DNA of 64,000 nucleotides. Source: Alphaproteobacteria bacterium (GTDB lineage: Bacteria; Pseudomonadota; Alphaproteobacteria; UBA828). The notes under the pieces were generated by a model. That model worked only from the letters and a program-made list of their open reading frames with translations. It had not been told where the DNA came from and did not search any database. The position numbers were made by a program, and so were the translations under genes. Positions 35,282 through 46,492 of the stretch are shown one piece after another (within the stretch, counting starts at the first letter, position 1; the number at the start of each line of letters is the position of its first letter). The stretch spans positions 7,995 through 71,994 of the forward strand of contig SHWC01000003.1 in NCBI GenBank assembly GCA_009691045.1. The letters are read 5' to 3'.

Positions 35282-36067
35282 ATGGCTTTGCCTGAATATA
35301 GCATGCGTCAGTTGCTCGAGGCTGGCGTGCATTTCGGCCACCAAACCAAGCGCTGGAACCCGAAGATGGAGTCTTTCATCTTCGGCATTAGGAACGGCGT
35401 CCATATCATCGATCTGGAACAAAGCGTGCCGTTGCTCGACCACGCGCTCCAGGTGCTGCGCGATGCCGCGGCGTCGGGTGGGCGGGTGCTCTTTGTTGGC
35501 ACCAAGCGCCAGGCCCAAGAGCCGATCGCCGAGTGCGCCAAGCGCTGCGGCCAGTATTACGTCAACCACCGCTGGCTCGGTGGCATGTTGACCAATTGGA
35601 AGGCGGTCTCAGGGTCGATCCGCACCATGATCGACCTCGACCAAAAGCTCTCTGAGAGTGAGATCGGCCTGACCAAGAAGGAAATCCTCCAATTGACGCG
35701 GCGGCGCGACAAACTCGCCCGAGCGCTCGGTGGCATTCGCGAAATGGCGGGCCTGCCGGCGATCATCGTGGTGATCGACACCAACAAGGAATCGATCGCC
35801 ATTCAAGAGGCGACCAAGCTGCATATTCCGGTCGTCGGTATCCTTGATAGCAATTGCGACCCGAGCTTCATCACGCACCCGATCCCCGGCAATGACGACG
35901 CCACCCGTGCGATCAATCTTTATTGCGATCTGTTCGCGCGCGCGGTGCTCGACGGTCTGCAGGCCGAGATGGCCGCGGGCGGCAAGGACATCGGCGCAGC
36001 CGATGTGGTGATCGAGACCCTACCTTCAGTCGCCGGCGACGGCGCGCCAGCCGCACCGGCGAGCTGA
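35282..36067 (+). CDS. rpsB: 30S ribosomal protein S2
   Basis: 261 aa S2 family (..[19 protein letters not shown]..). Confidence 0.95.
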   Translation: MALPEYSMRQLLEAGVHFGHQTKRWNPKMESFIFGIRNGVHIIDLEQSVPLLDHALQVLRDAAASGGRVLFVGTKRQAQEPIAECAKRCGQYYVNHRWLGGMLTNWKAVSGSIRTMIDLDQKLSESEIGLTKKEILQLTRRRDKLARALGGIREMAGLPAIIVVIDTNKESIAIQEATKLHIPVVGILDSNCDPSFITHPIPGNDDATRAINLYCDLFARAVLDGLQAEMAAGGKDIGAADVVIETLPSVAGDGAPAAPAS

Positions 36068-36096
36068 CATCAAGACCCGATTAGAGGAGAAGCGGC

Positions 36097-37026
36097 ATGG
36101 CTGAGGTATCGGCTGCGCTGGTCAAGGATCTGCGCGAGAAAACTGGCGCCGGCATGATGGATTGCAAGAAGGCGTTGGCCGAGACTGCCGGCGACGTCGA
36201 GGCGGCGGTCGATTGGCTGCGCAAGAAGGGCCTAGCCGCGGCCGCCAAGAAGGCCAGCCGGGTGGCGTCGGAAGGCCTGGTCGGTCTGGTGGTCGAGGGT
36301 GCCAAGGGCGCCGTCGTCGAGGTCAATTCCGAGACCGATTTCGTTGCGCGTAATCCGCAGTTTCAAGAGACGGTGCAGGAAATTGCCCGCGCTTCGCTCG
36401 GCGTTGGCGGCGCGCATGATCGTTTGGCGGCGGCCAAACTTGCCAAGAGCGGCCGCAGCGTGTCGGATGAAATCACCCATCTGATCGCCATCATCGGCGA
36501 AAACATCAGTCTGCGCCGCAGCCAGGGCCTTACGGTCGGCACCGGCATGATCGCGTCTTATGTGCATGGTGGCGTTGGGACCGGGATCGGACGGATCGGC
36601 GTTTTGGTTGCGCTTGAATCATCGGCGCCCGCGGCGGCCCTGAAGGAGATCGGGCATCAGCTCGCCATGCATGTCGCCGCGGCCAATCCGCGCGCGATCT
36701 CACCGGCAGACCTTGACCCCGAGCTGATCGCCCGTGAACGCGCGGTGTTGGTGGACCAAGCCAAGACCAGCGGCAAGCCCGACGCGATCATCGAAAAGAT
36801 GGTCGAGGGCCGGTTGCGCAAATATTATGAAGAAGTCGCGCTGATCGAGCAGATCTGGGTGATCGACGGCGAAAGCAAGGTCGGCAAGGTGGTCGAGGCG
36901 GCGGCAAAGGCGGCGGGCGCCTCCATCACCATCAAGGGCTTTGTGCGCTTCGCGCTTGGCGAGGGTATTGAGCGGAAGGAAAGCGATTTCGCCAGCGAAG
37001 TCGCGGCCGCGGCCAAGGGCTCCTGA
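36097..37026 (+). CDS. tsf: elongation factor Ts
   Basis: 309 aa with the N-terminal UBA-like motif [20 protein letters not shown]. Confidence 0.95.
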   Translation: MAEVSAALVKDLREKTGAGMMDCKKALAETAGDVEAAVDWLRKKGLAAAAKKASRVASEGLVGLVVEGAKGAVVEVNSETDFVARNPQFQETVQEIARASLGVGGAHDRLAAAKLAKSGRSVSDEITHLIAIIGENISLRRSQGLTVGTGMIASYVHGGVGTGIGRIGVLVALESSAPAAALKEIGHQLAMHVAAANPRAISPADLDPELIARERAVLVDQAKTSGKPDAIIEKMVEGRLRKYYEEVALIEQIWVIDGESKVGKVVEAAAKAAGASITIKGFVRFALGEGIERKESDFASEVAAAAKGS

Positions 37027-37183
37027 GCCAGGTTCCGGAAGGCGCCAGAAGTATCTGCCAATGTGGCAGGGGCTGGGCGGCTGTAGTATCGTTTCCGAGG
37101 TTGTGGTGAGCTAGAGTCGGCGTGCGTCCGCGCGCAGGCTTGGTCGCGCCGCGTATTGCCTGACCGTCGTTCCCGGAGACCCT

Positions 37184-37921
37184 ATGTCAGCACCTCTCAA
37201 ATTCCGCCGCGTCCTCCTAAAAATCTCCGGAGAGGCGCTGATGGGCGATGGCACCTATGGCATCGACAACGGCACGGTTGATCGCATCGCGGCCGATATG
37301 AAAGCCGTCCATGCGAGCGGCGTGCAACTTTGCGCGGTGGTTGGCGGCGGCAATATTTTTCGCGGGCTCTCGGGGGCTGCCGCCGGGATGGAGCGGGCCA
37401 ATGCCGATTATATCGGCATGCTTGCGACCGTGATGAACGCGCTCGCGATGCAGCATGCGCTCGAGCGCCACGGCGTGCCGACCCGCGTGCTTTCGGCGAT
37501 CCCGATGGCGACCATTTGCGAGCCCTATATCCGCCGGCGCGCCACGCGCCATATGGAAAAAGGACGCTTGGTAATTTTCGCGGCCGGTACCGGCAATCCA
37601 TTTTTCACGACTGACACCGCCGCCGCGTTGCGCGCCGCCGAAATGGGGTGCGATGCGTTGTTCAAAGGGACCAAGGTGGACGGCGTCTATTCCGCCGATC
37701 CCAAGCGCGACGCCAAGGCCGTACGCTATGAGGAGCTCACGTTCCTCGACGTTCTGGCCAAGGACCTCAAGGTTATGGATGCTTCGGCGATCTCACTTGC
37801 GCGCGATAACAATATTCCCATCGTGGTATTCTCGATTCAGCAACCAGGGGGCCTCGCCGCCGTGTTGGCGGGTAAAGGGCCACACACCGTGATCCGGGAG
37901 GACGGACAACGCCATGCCTGA
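37184..37921 (+). CDS. pyrH: UMP kinase
   Basis: 245 aa. The LLKISGEAL motif is typical of PyrH. Confidence 0.93.
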   Translation: MSAPLKFRRVLLKISGEALMGDGTYGIDNGTVDRIAADMKAVHASGVQLCAVVGGGNIFRGLSGAAAGMERANADYIGMLATVMNALAMQHALERHGVPTRVLSAIPMATICEPYIRRRATRHMEKGRLVIFAAGTGNPFFTTDTAAALRAAEMGCDALFKGTKVDGVYSADPKRDAKAVRYEELTFLDVLAKDLKVMDASAISLARDNNIPIVVFSIQQPGGLAAVLAGKGPHTVIREDGQRHA

Positions 37922-38471
37922 TCCCGATCTTGCCGATGTGAAACGACGCATGCAAAGCGCCGTCGATGTGCTGCGCGGCGAATTGACGGGGCTACGCACG
38001 GGGCGTGCGTCGGCCAACCTTTTGGAGCCGATCACGGTTGAAGTCTATGGCGCGCACATGCCGTTAAAGCAGGTCGCGACCATCAACGTGCCCGAGCCCC
38101 GGATGATCACGGTCCAAGTTTGGGATCGCAGCCAGGTCAAGGCGGTTGAGCGCGCGATTCAGCAAGCCGGGCTTGGGCTCAACCCGATCGCCGAAGGGCA
38201 GATGCTGCGTATTCCGATCCCCGAGCTCAACCAAGAGCGCCGCACCGAATTGGCCAAGATTGCGCACAAATATGCGGAACAGGCGCGTGTCGCGGTTCGC
38301 AATGTGCGGCGCGATGGTATGGATCGGATCAAGAAGCAGGAAAAGGGCGGCGACCTCAGCCAGGACGAGGCACGCTCTCAAACTGAGCAGACGCAAAAGA
38401 CGACCGATCAGATGATCAGTCAGATCGACCAGCTTTTGGCGGCTAAAGAAAAAGAGATCATGCAGGTCTGA
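37914..38471 (+). CDS. frr: ribosome recycling factor
   Basis: 185 aa RRF. Overlaps the pyrH stop. Confidence 0.95.
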   Translation: MPDPDLADVKRRMQSAVDVLRGELTGLRTGRASANLLEPITVEVYGAHMPLKQVATINVPEPRMITVQVWDRSQVKAVERAIQQAGLGLNPIAEGQMLRIPIPELNQERRTELAKIAHKYAEQARVAVRNVRRDGMDRIKKQEKGGDLSQDEARSQTEQTQKTTDQMISQIDQLLAAKEKEIMQV

Positions 38472-38476
38472 CGCGG

Positions 38477-39211
38477 ATGGCCCTTGCCCCTTCTTATGGT
38501 GCGCCGGCGCCGGTTCCCCGGCACGTCGCCATCATCATGGATGGCAATGGTCGTTGGGCGAAGGCGAGGGGCTTGCCACGCATCGCGGGCCACCATCAAG
38601 GCGTCGAGGCCGTGCGTCGTTGCGTGCAGTCGTGCACCGATCTTGGCATCGGCTATTTGACGATCTATGCGTTTTCTTCAGAAAACTGGAAGCGGCCGGC
38701 TGCCGAGGTCAATGACCTTATGGGCTTGCTGCGCGTCTATATTAGGCGCGAGGTCAGCGAATTGTCGCGCAATGGCGTGCGTATTCGTTTCATCGGCGAT
38801 CGGGGTCGTCTGGCGGCCGATATCAATCGGCTGATCGAAGAATCGGAAGAGCAGACAAAGGCGAACCGGCGCCTAACCCTGACGGTCGCGGTCAATTATG
38901 GCGGTCGACAAGAAATTCTCGATACGGTTCGCACCATCGCGCGCCGTGTCCGCGCTGGCGAGCTTGACCCTGAGATGATCGACGAGACGATGTTCGGCCG
39001 TGCGTTGCAGACCGCCGATACGCCGGACCCCGATCTCGTGATTCGCACCAGCGGCGAGCAGCGCGTGAGCAATTTTCTGCTCTGGCAGTCGGCCTATGCT
39101 GAGTTCGTTTTCACGCCGACGCTCTGGCCCGATTTCGGCCACGCCGACCTCGAAAGCGCGATCCGCGAATATCAAAGCCGTGAAAGACGCTACGGCGGCG
39201 CCGGCGGCTGA
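38477..39211 (+). CDS. uppS: ditrans,polycis-undecaprenyl-diphosphate synthase
   Basis: 244 aa with the cis-prenyltransferase motifs [13 protein letters not shown] and FSSENW. Confidence 0.93.
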   Translation: MALAPSYGAPAPVPRHVAIIMDGNGRWAKARGLPRIAGHHQGVEAVRRCVQSCTDLGIGYLTIYAFSSENWKRPAAEVNDLMGLLRVYIRREVSELSRNGVRIRFIGDRGRLAADINRLIEESEEQTKANRRLTLTVAVNYGGRQEILDTVRTIARRVRAGELDPEMIDETMFGRALQTADTPDPDLVIRTSGEQRVSNFLLWQSAYAEFVFTPTLWPDFGHADLESAIREYQSRERRYGGAGG

Positions 39212-39245
39212 GCCGCCCCGTCCCGCGTCCGAGCTGAGGCGGCGC

Positions 39246-39923
39246 GTGCTTGCGGCCGTGCCGCTCGGGCTCGCCGCGCTCGGGCTCGGCTATCTAGGTG
39301 GCCCGGCCTTTTATGCGATTGTTGGGTTGGTCGCGGTCGGCATGGCCTATGAATGGCTGCGCCTTTGCTTCGGGCAAACGCCGTCGGGTCGAAAGGGCGT
39401 TGGGCCGGCCATGATCGGCCTCGGGTTTATTGTCCTTGTGGCCTTGGCGACTTCTTGGTTGCGCGGCGGCCTAAGCGATGGCCGGGCGCTCATACTCTGG
39501 CTCCTCCTCGTCGTATGGGCGACGGACAGCGGCGCCTATTTCGTCGGCCGCACGCTTAAAGGTCCGCGGCTCTGGCCGAAACTTAGCCCGAAGAAAACCT
39601 GGTCCGGGGCGATTGGCGGCCTATTATTAGCTATGATGGTGTCGATCGGGGTTGGTCATGGCGTCGCCGTGGCCGGTTGGACGGGCTCACCCTCGGTCGT
39701 CTGCCTGGTCTTCGCTGGATTGATGGCTGGGGTCCTCACACAAGCCGGCGATCTGCTCGAATCCGCTGCCAAGCGCCACTACGGGGTTAAGGATACCGGC
39801 GCCCTTATTCCGGGGCATGGCGGGCTTCTCGACCGGCTCGATGGATTCTCAACCGCGGCGCTGGGACTCGCTTTGGCGGTTCTTGGTGGTGGTGGGGAGG
39901 CCCTGATGTGGGCCGCTCACTAA
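39246..39923 (+). CDS. cdsA: phosphatidate cytidylyltransferase
   Basis: CdsA membrane protein. The ORF opens at 39096 and overlaps uppS by 115 nt. I chose the GTG at 39246, which aligns with E. coli CdsA starting just before RLISA. GTG 39180 is another candidate. Confidence 0.8.
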   Translation: MLAAVPLGLAALGLGYLGGPAFYAIVGLVAVGMAYEWLRLCFGQTPSGRKGVGPAMIGLGFIVLVALATSWLRGGLSDGRALILWLLLVVWATDSGAYFVGRTLKGPRLWPKLSPKKTWSGAIGGLLLAMMVSIGVGHGVAVAGWTGSPSVVCLVFAGLMAGVLTQAGDLLESAAKRHYGVKDTGALIPGHGGLLDRLDGFSTAALGLALAVLGGGGEALMWAAH

Positions 39924-39977
39924 CTATATTTGTTAGCTACGTCAAATAGTTGTCCGTTCAGTGCGGGCTCCCATAAC

Positions 39978-40006
39978 TTGCAAAAACGCGGTGTGGTCCC
40001 TATTAT
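39978..40006 (+). promoter_or_regulatory. putative sigma70 promoter of the rseP-bamA-skp-lpxD-fabZ-lpxA-lpxI-lpxB operon
   Basis: TTGCAA (39978-39983), 17-nt spacer, TATTAT (40001-40006), about 115 nt upstream of the rseP ATG. Confidence 0.45.
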
Positions 40007-40120
40007 CCCGCGTCGCATCTACGTCGATTCGCGGCGGGGCGAAGTGACGGCGCCAAAGACGACATAAGAGCGAGGACGAACGGCCGAGCTTAGGGTATTG
40101 GGTGAGGCCTTCGGATCGAC

Positions 40121-41245
40121 ATGGAACTCATTTCAAGTATTTGGGGTTATGCGTGGCCATTCTTAGCCACGATCACCGTCATCGTGTTTGTCCACGAGCT
40201 CGGCCATTATTTGGTCGCACGCGCCAATGGTGTGCGCATTGAAGTATTTTCGATCGGCTTCGGCCCCGAACTTTTCGGCTTCCGCGACAGTCATGGTACG
40301 CGTTGGAAGCTCAGCCTGTTGCCGCTCGGCGGCTATGTGAAGTTCTTTGGCGATGCCAATGTGGCGAGTGGCGCAAAAGATCCTGCGACATTCGTGCCCA
40401 TTGAGGAAGATCGTCGGGTTTCATTTTATCACAAGCGGGTCGGGCAGCGCGCCGCGGTTGTGGTTGGCGGCCCGCTTGGCAATTTTGTGTTTGCGATCAT
40501 CGTGTTTGCCTTCCTCTTTGGTTTTGTCGGCGAACGGTACACGGCGCCGGACATTGTTGATGTGTTGCCCGGGGGCGCCGCCGAATCGGCTGGGATTAAG
40601 CCGGGTGATCGCCTGATTGCAATTCAAGGCCAGCCGGTCGAACGCTTTGAAGACCTTCAAAGTGTCGTTGAGACCAACCCTGGCACACCGCTTTCGATCG
40701 TCGTGCGTCGTGGTGAAGCGGAGATCGCGCTGACCGCGATCCCGGAGCTCACGCAAGTTACCGACGGATTTGGCGGCACGCGGCAAATTGGACGCTTGGG
40801 CGTAAAGGGCGGCCAGGTGGCGTTCCGCGAGGTCGGCACGGGCGAAGCGATGTGGGGCGCGGTTCGCGAAACCTTCACCATTGCGATCAGCACGCTGAAA
40901 GCGGTTGGACAGATGATTAGCGGTTCGCGCTCGACCGAAGAGCTCGGCGGTCCGATCCAAATTGGCCGTATGTCGGGGGAAATCGCGAAGGACGGGGCCT
41001 TTTTCAGCCTCATCTATTTCATGGCGATCCTCTCGATCAATCTTGGCCTAATCAACCTGTTCCCCGTGCCAATGCTGGACGGTGGGCATTTGATCTTCTA
41101 TGTTTGGGAAGCGATTGCAGGGCGGCCACTAAAACCGCGCGTGCAGGAAATTGGAATGCGCGTGGGTTTTGTGTTGGTCATTGCATTGATGGTCTGGGTG
41201 ACAAGCAAAGATCTTATTCGTCTCGGCGTGTTGGACTTGTTCTGA
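40121..41245 (+). CDS. rseP: RIP zinc metalloprotease RseP (site-2 protease, M50 family)
   Basis: HELGHY zinc motif in the first transmembrane segment, PDZ domain, and the LDGG motif. Confidence 0.9.
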   Translation: MELISSIWGYAWPFLATITVIVFVHELGHYLVARANGVRIEVFSIGFGPELFGFRDSHGTRWKLSLLPLGGYVKFFGDANVASGAKDPATFVPIEEDRRVSFYHKRVGQRAAVVVGGPLGNFVFAIIVFAFLFGFVGERYTAPDIVDVLPGGAAESAGIKPGDRLIAIQGQPVERFEDLQSVVETNPGTPLSIVVRRGEAEIALTAIPELTQVTDGFGGTRQIGRLGVKGGQVAFREVGTGEAMWGAVRETFTIAISTLKAVGQMISGSRSTEELGGPIQIGRMSGEIAKDGAFFSLIYFMAILSINLGLINLFPVPMLDGGHLIFYVWEAIAGRPLKPRVQEIGMRVGFVLVIALMVWVTSKDLIRLGVLDLF

Positions 41246-41258
41246 GGCGAGGCCGAAT

Positions 41259-43589
41259 GTGCTGACGCCCAGGCGGCGTAGTCCAACATCTCAGTTGACC
41301 CTGGGCATTCTTCTCGCCCTCGCGCTTGGTTTTGGCGTCGGGGTTGGAACGCAGTCCGCGTGGGCGCAAGAGGCAGAGACCAGCACTGAAGCCGTCGGTA
41401 CGATCGGCGCCATCGCGATTGAGGGCAATGAGCGTATCGAGGCGGAGACCGTCCGTTCCTATTTTTCGATCGGCGTGGGCGATCCCTTCGATGGCGGCAC
41501 GGTCAACAAAGCGCTGAAGGCGCTGTTTGCCACGGGCCTGTTCGCCGACGTGACGATCCGTCGCGAGGGGGGCACCCTCGTGGTGCGCGTGGTTGAGAAC
41601 CCGATCATCAACCGGGTGGCCTTCGAGGGTAATCGCAAGATCGACGATACTGCGCTGTCGGCCGAGGTTCAGTTGAAGGCGCGCGTTGTCTATACCCGGC
41701 CACGCGTTCAAAGCGACGTTCAGCGCATCCTTGAGATCTACCGGCGAAGCGGCCGATTTGCGGCCAAAGTCGATCCCAAGATCGTGCCGCTGCCGCAAAA
41801 CCGTGTCGATCTCATTTTTGAAATCGACGAGGGGCCGGTGACCGGCATCACGCGGATCAGCTTTGTTGGGAACAAAAAGTTTGGTGATAGCGAGCTGCGC
41901 ACTGAGATCGAGACGCGTGAAAGCGCGTGGTATCGCTTCTTCACCAGCGACGACACCTATGACCCAGATCGCTTGACGTTCGATCGCGAGCTCCTGCGTA
42001 AATTCTACTTGAAAGAGGGCTACGCCGATTTTCGCGTTCTTTCAGCGGTCGCGGAATTGACGCCGGATCAAGACGGCTTCCTCGTGACGTTTACTGTGGA
42101 GGAGGGTGAGCGGTACAATTTCGGCAAAATCGACATCGAGAGCAAACTGAAGGGGATCGACGTCGAAACCTTGAAACCGCAGCTGACCACGTTCGAAAAC
42201 GAAATCTACAACGCGGATGAGGTCGAAAAATCGATCCTTGCGCTGACCGATGCGGTCGGAAACTTCGGCTATGCCTTCGTCGATATCGAACCGGCGGTTA
42301 AGCGAGACCGTGAAAAGCGAATCATCGATTTGACCTACCAAATCGCCGAGGGGCCGCGTGTTTATGTCGATCGTATCGAAATCATCGGCAATGTGCGGAC
42401 GCTCGATAAGGTGATCCGGCGTGAATTCCGCTTGGTTGAGGGCGATGCCTTCAACGCGGCAAAGGTGCGGCGTTCGCGCGATCGGATCCGCGGGCTCGGC
42501 TTCTTTGAGACGGTCGACGTTCAGGCCTCGCCAGGTGAGCAGCCCGATCGTTCGGTGGTGACGGTCGCGGTGCAGGAGAAATCGACCGGCGAATTGAGTT
42601 TTGGCGCGGGCTTTTCGACGGCCGACGGGCCGTTGGCCGATATCAGCATCACCGAGCGCAATTTGGTCGGCAAAGGGCAAGATTTGCGGTTGGGCTTTAC
42701 GATCTCGGCACGCCGTCAAGAGGTCGATCTATCCTTCACCGAGCCCTATTTCCTTGACCGCAACATGTCGGCCGGCGTCGACCTATTCCATCGCATCACG
42801 GACTTTCAGTCCGAGAGTTCGTATGATGAAAAGAACTCCGGGATTGGGCTACGAACCGGCTACTCGATCGCCGAGGATTTGTCACACAGCGTCAATTATC
42901 GCTTGAGCTTCGATGAGATTCGCAACATTCGGAGCGATGCCTCCCGATTTATTCGGGCGCAGGAGGGCAACTCCACCAAATCGCTGGTCGGGCACAGTCT
43001 GCTTTATGATCGTCGCAATAACCGGCAAGAACCTAGTTCTGGATACTATGCAGGATTTGGCCAGGATTTTGCCGGCGTCGGCGGCGACGTGAATTACCTT
43101 AAGAACACCGTCCGCGCGGGATATTATTACCCGATAACCGAGGATTTCGTTGCGTCGGTCTCGGGTCGCGCCGGCTATATGTTCGGCCTGTTCGGCGATG
43201 ATGTACGGGTCAATGACCGCTTCAATCTCGGTGGCGTGAACCTACGAGGTTTCGCCTCCAGTGGCGTAGGGCCACGCGATCTCAACACGGATGACGCGTT
43301 GGGCGGCAATGTGCTTTACACAACGACCCTTGAGATAAGTATGCCGCTTCGTTTCATCGATGACGTAGATATTCGGGGGCGGATATTCAATGATGTTGGC
43401 AGCCTGTTTAAGGTCGAAGACGAGGGCAATGAGATTGCCGATATCAGCAGCCCGCGCGCTTCCGGCGGTGTCGGGTTCACTTACGTATCTCCGTTCGGTC
43501 CGATCCGGGTCGACTTGGCCCAAGCCTATCTCAAGCAAAATTTCGACAAGACGGAGATCTTTCGGTTCAGCTTTGGCACGAGGTTCTAA
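41259..43589 (+). CDS. bamA: outer membrane protein assembly factor BamA
   Basis: 776 aa with a signal peptide, POTRA repeats and a C-terminal beta-barrel (Omp85). Confidence 0.93.
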   Translation: MLTPRRRSPTSQLTLGILLALALGFGVGVGTQSAWAQEAETSTEAVGTIGAIAIEGNERIEAETVRSYFSIGVGDPFDGGTVNKALKALFATGLFADVTIRREGGTLVVRVVENPIINRVAFEGNRKIDDTALSAEVQLKARVVYTRPRVQSDVQRILEIYRRSGRFAAKVDPKIVPLPQNRVDLIFEIDEGPVTGITRISFVGNKKFGDSELRTEIETRESAWYRFFTSDDTYDPDRLTFDRELLRKFYLKEGYADFRVLSAVAELTPDQDGFLVTFTVEEGERYNFGKIDIESKLKGIDVETLKPQLTTFENEIYNADEVEKSILALTDAVGNFGYAFVDIEPAVKRDREKRIIDLTYQIAEGPRVYVDRIEIIGNVRTLDKVIRREFRLVEGDAFNAAKVRRSRDRIRGLGFFETVDVQASPGEQPDRSVVTVAVQEKSTGELSFGAGFSTADGPLADISITERNLVGKGQDLRLGFTISARRQEVDLSFTEPYFLDRNMSAGVDLFHRITDFQSESSYDEKNSGIGLRTGYSIAEDLSHSVNYRLSFDEIRNIRSDASRFIRAQEGNSTKSLVGHSLLYDRRNNRQEPSSGYYAGFGQDFAGVGGDVNYLKNTVRAGYYYPITEDFVASVSGRAGYMFGLFGDDVRVNDRFNLGGVNLRGFASSGVGPRDLNTDDALGGNVLYTTTLEISMPLRFIDDVDIRGRIFNDVGSLFKVEDEGNEIADISSPRASGGVGFTYVSPFGPIRVDLAQAYLKQNFDKTEIFRFSFGTRF

Positions 43590-44170
43590 TGGCGCGCGTC
43601 GCGTTTGCTTTTGCGTTCTTGGTTGCGGTGCTTCTTGGTGTGCAGTTTGGTGGCGGGACGGCCAGCGCCGCCGCTGCACCGGCTGTGATTGGCGTGGTCG
43701 ATGTCCAGGTGATCCTGCGTGATTCGACCGCCATGAAGGCGATCCAATCTCAGGTCGAGGAAAAGCGCGGCCAATATCAGACCGATATCTCCGGTCAGGA
43801 GAAGCGTCTGCGCGAGCAGGAGCAAGAGCTGAAGCGCCAGCAAACCGTGTTGGCGGCTGATGCATTCGAGGCCAAGCGGCGCGATTTCGAGGCGCAGGTA
43901 GCGGCGGTTCAGCGCGATGTGGCGGAGCGTCGACGCACGCTTGACCAAGCCTATGGCGAAGGCCTCAAAGTGGTGCAGAAGGAATTGACGGCGATCATCG
44001 CGGCGCTCGCCAAGGAGCGGGGCTTCACGCTCGTTCTGCCCACCGGTCAGACCCTCTATGCCGAGCCCGCGCTCGCCATCACCGACGAAGCGTTGAAGCG
44101 GCTCAATAAGAAATTGACCACCGTGACGCTGCAATTCACGGCGCCCGCCGCCAAGTCAAAACAGAAATGA
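43589..44170 (+). CDS. skp: OmpH/Skp family periplasmic chaperone
   Basis: 193 aa with a signal peptide and a Gln/Glu-rich coiled-coil body. ATG overlaps the bamA TAA. Confidence 0.85.
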   Translation: MARVAFAFAFLVAVLLGVQFGGGTASAAAAPAVIGVVDVQVILRDSTAMKAIQSQVEEKRGQYQTDISGQEKRLREQEQELKRQQTVLAADAFEAKRRDFEAQVAAVQRDVAERRRTLDQAYGEGLKVVQKELTAIIAALAKERGFTLVLPTGQTLYAEPALAITDEALKRLNKKLTTVTLQFTAPAAKSKQK

Positions 44171-44174
44171 GGCC

Positions 44175-45194
44175 ATGGCCGATCCGCTGTTTCATCGGCG
44201 CGCTGGACCGTTTCGACTTGGTTTGATCGCCGAGCGCATAGGCGCGCGGCTTTCAGAAGGGGCAAACCCCAATAGGCTGATCATGGACGTTGCGCCGCTC
44301 CAAAGCGCGAGCGCCGACGACCTCAGCTTTTTGGACAACGCGGCCTATGTTGAGGCGTTCGCGGCGAGCCGGGCCGGGGCCTGTATTGTTAGCGCGGCCC
44401 ATGCGGCGCGCGCGCCGGCTGGCATGGCGCTCTTGGTTTCGGAGCGGCCCTATCGGGCCTATGCGCGGGCCGCGCAGACCTTCTATCCACGTCAACCGCC
44501 GGAGCCGAAGATCGCGCCAAGCGCGGCGATCGATCCTTCCGCCCAATTGGGGCCTGGCTGCCGCGTCGAGCCCGGCGCCGTGATCGGCGCTGACGTGGTC
44601 ATTGGTGCGCGAACGTTGATCGGGGCCAATGTCGTGATAGGCCCGGGCGTGTCGATTGGGGATGACAGTACGATCGGGGCCTGTGCTTCTCTGAGCCATT
44701 GCATCGTTGGTGCGCGGGTTCTGATCTATCCCGGCGTTCGCATCGGGCAGGACGGTTTCGGCTTCGCACCCGATCCAAGTGGCCACATCAAAGTGCCGCA
44801 GCTTGGACGCGTTATGATCCATGACGATGTCGAGATCGGCGCCAATACCACGATCGACCGGGGCTCCGGTCCCGACACGGTGATTGGGGCCGGCTCGTTT
44901 ATCGACAATTTGGTGCAGATCGGGCACAACGTGGTGCTTGGGCGGGGGTGCGTGATTGTCGCGCAAGTCGGCCTGTCGGGAAGTACGAAGCTAGGCGATT
45001 TTGTGGTCATGGGGGGGCAAGTCGGCGTTGCCGGCCACCTGAATATCGGCACGGGCGCCAAGCTCGCCGCCAAGGCGGGAGTAACACGCGACGTACCGCC
45101 CGGTCAGGCCTATGGTGGGTTCCCGGCGGTGCCGATTCGCGAGTGGCACCGCCAAACCGCCACCCTATCGAAACTGAGCAGGAAGCCCAGGTGA
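44175..45194 (+). CDS. lpxD: UDP-3-O-(3-hydroxyacyl)glucosamine N-acyltransferase
   Basis: 339 aa with left-handed beta-helix hexapeptide repeats. Confidence 0.93.
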   Translation: MADPLFHRRAGPFRLGLIAERIGARLSEGANPNRLIMDVAPLQSASADDLSFLDNAAYVEAFAASRAGACIVSAAHAARAPAGMALLVSERPYRAYARAAQTFYPRQPPEPKIAPSAAIDPSAQLGPGCRVEPGAVIGADVVIGARTLIGANVVIGPGVSIGDDSTIGACASLSHCIVGARVLIYPGVRIGQDGFGFAPDPSGHIKVPQLGRVMIHDDVEIGANTTIDRGSGPDTVIGAGSFIDNLVQIGHNVVLGRGCVIVAQVGLSGSTKLGDFVVMGGQVGVAGHLNIGTGAKLAAKAGVTRDVPPGQAYGGFPAVPIREWHRQTATLSKLSRKPR

Positions 45195-45199
45195 AGGCA

Positions 45200-45679
45200 A
45201 TGAACGAAACCGAGGCCGGGCCGAAATTGGCCGTCTACGGTCAATACGATATCGAGGCCATCATTGCCGCGATTCCGCACCGCTATCCGTTTTTGATGAT
45301 CGATCGGGTGGTTGACCTCGTGTCGGACACGAGCGCGGTCGGCATAAAGAACGTTTCGATCAATGAGAATTATTTCCAGGGGCACTTCCCTCGGCGTCCG
45401 GTGATGCCGGGCGTGCTCATTATCGAATCTATGGCGCAGACCGCGGCCGTGTTGGTTATGCATACGCTTGGCGCGGCATCGGCCGGCAAGCTGGTTTATT
45501 TCATGTCGGTCGACAATGCGCGCTTTCGCCGGCCCGTCGTGCCCGGCGATCAATTGCGCGTTGCCGTCAAAAAGAAGCAGCGGCGCCTTTCGGTCTGGAA
45601 GTTCGAGGCTGAGGCAAACGTCGACGGCCGCGTGGTCGCGGAAGCAACGTTCGCCGCCATGATTTTGGAGAATGATTGA
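45200..45679 (+). CDS. fabZ: 3-hydroxyacyl-ACP dehydratase FabZ
   Basis: 159 aa from ATG 45200 (MNETEAG...), carrying the hotdog-fold motif HRYPFLMIDRV. The table ORF opening at 44948 is a spurious upstream extension. Confidence 0.9.
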   Translation: MNETEAGPKLAVYGQYDIEAIIAAIPHRYPFLMIDRVVDLVSDTSAVGIKNVSINENYFQGHFPRRPVMPGVLIIESMAQTAAVLVMHTLGAASAGKLVYFMSVDNARFRRPVVPGDQLRVAVKKKQRRLSVWKFEAEANVDGRVVAEATFAAMILEND

Positions 45680-46476
45680 TGGCGGCGATTCACGCGACCG
45701 CCATTATCGAGCCCGGCGCGAAACTTGGCGCCGATGTATCGATGGGTCCCTATTGCATCGTCGGGCGCCATGTCGAGCTCGACGACAATGTCGAATTGGT
45801 TTCGCATGTCACCATTGCCGGGCACACCAAGATTGGGGCGCGCACCCGCATCTACCCGTTTGCATCGATCGGCCACCCGCCGCAGGACCTCAAATATAAG
45901 GGCGAACCGTCGCGTCTCGTCATCGGCATGGATAACACGATCCGCGAACATGTGACGATGAGCCCGGGCACCGGGGGCGGTGGTATGCTGACGTCGGTTG
46001 GCGATCATGGCCTGTTCATGGTGGCCTCTCACGTCGCGCATGATTGCCATGTCGGTAATCACGTTGTGTTGGCCAATAACGCGACGATCGGTGGTCATGT
46101 GGTGCTCGAGGATTGGGTCATATTGGGCGGCCTCGCTGCGGTCCATCAATTCGTGCGCATCGGCAAGCACGCGATCATCGGCGGCATGTCCGGCGTCGAG
46201 AACGACGTCATCCCCTATGGCTCGGTGATGGGTGATCGGGCGCGCCTAGCGGGGCTTAATGTCGTTGGATTGAAGCGGCGGGGCTTCGACCGCGATGCGC
46301 TGCATGATATTCGCCGCGCGTTTCGATTGTTGTTCGCGGACGAGGGCACCATGGCCGAGCGATTGACCGATGTGGCCGAATTGTTCCCCGACAATGAGCC
46401 GGTCATGGAGATCGTGCGTTTCATCCAGACGGCGAGCGAGCGGGCGATCTGCCAGCCGCGCCGTAACGCGGCCTAA
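45679..46476 (+). CDS. lpxA: acyl-ACP--UDP-N-acetylglucosamine O-acyltransferase
   Basis: 266 aa hexapeptide-repeat protein. ATG 45679 overlaps the fabZ TGA (a TTG at 45676 is also possible). Confidence 0.93.
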   Translation: MAAIHATAIIEPGAKLGADVSMGPYCIVGRHVELDDNVELVSHVTIAGHTKIGARTRIYPFASIGHPPQDLKYKGEPSRLVIGMDNTIREHVTMSPGTGGGGMLTSVGDHGLFMVASHVAHDCHVGNHVVLANNATIGGHVVLEDWVILGGLAAVHQFVRIGKHAIIGGMSGVENDVIPYGSVMGDRARLAGLNVVGLKRRGFDRDALHDIRRAFRLLFADEGTMAERLTDVAELFPDNEPVMEIVRFIQTASERAICQPRRNAA

Positions 46477-46492
46477 CCATTCGATTGTCGGC

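Noticed and set aside
44948-45199. 5' extension of the fabZ ORF (starts at 44948), and similar 5' extensions of secG (62482), hupB (5926), nuoG (12785), nuoN (20862), nuoF (11470), lpxI (46370), proS (27447), the 7067 lipoprotein (6980), trpD (58758) and the PPOX gene (31458)
   Set aside because: These extensions overlap the upstream gene in another frame. Homologue N-termini, ribosome-binding sites or signal peptides support the internal start codons given in the feature list.
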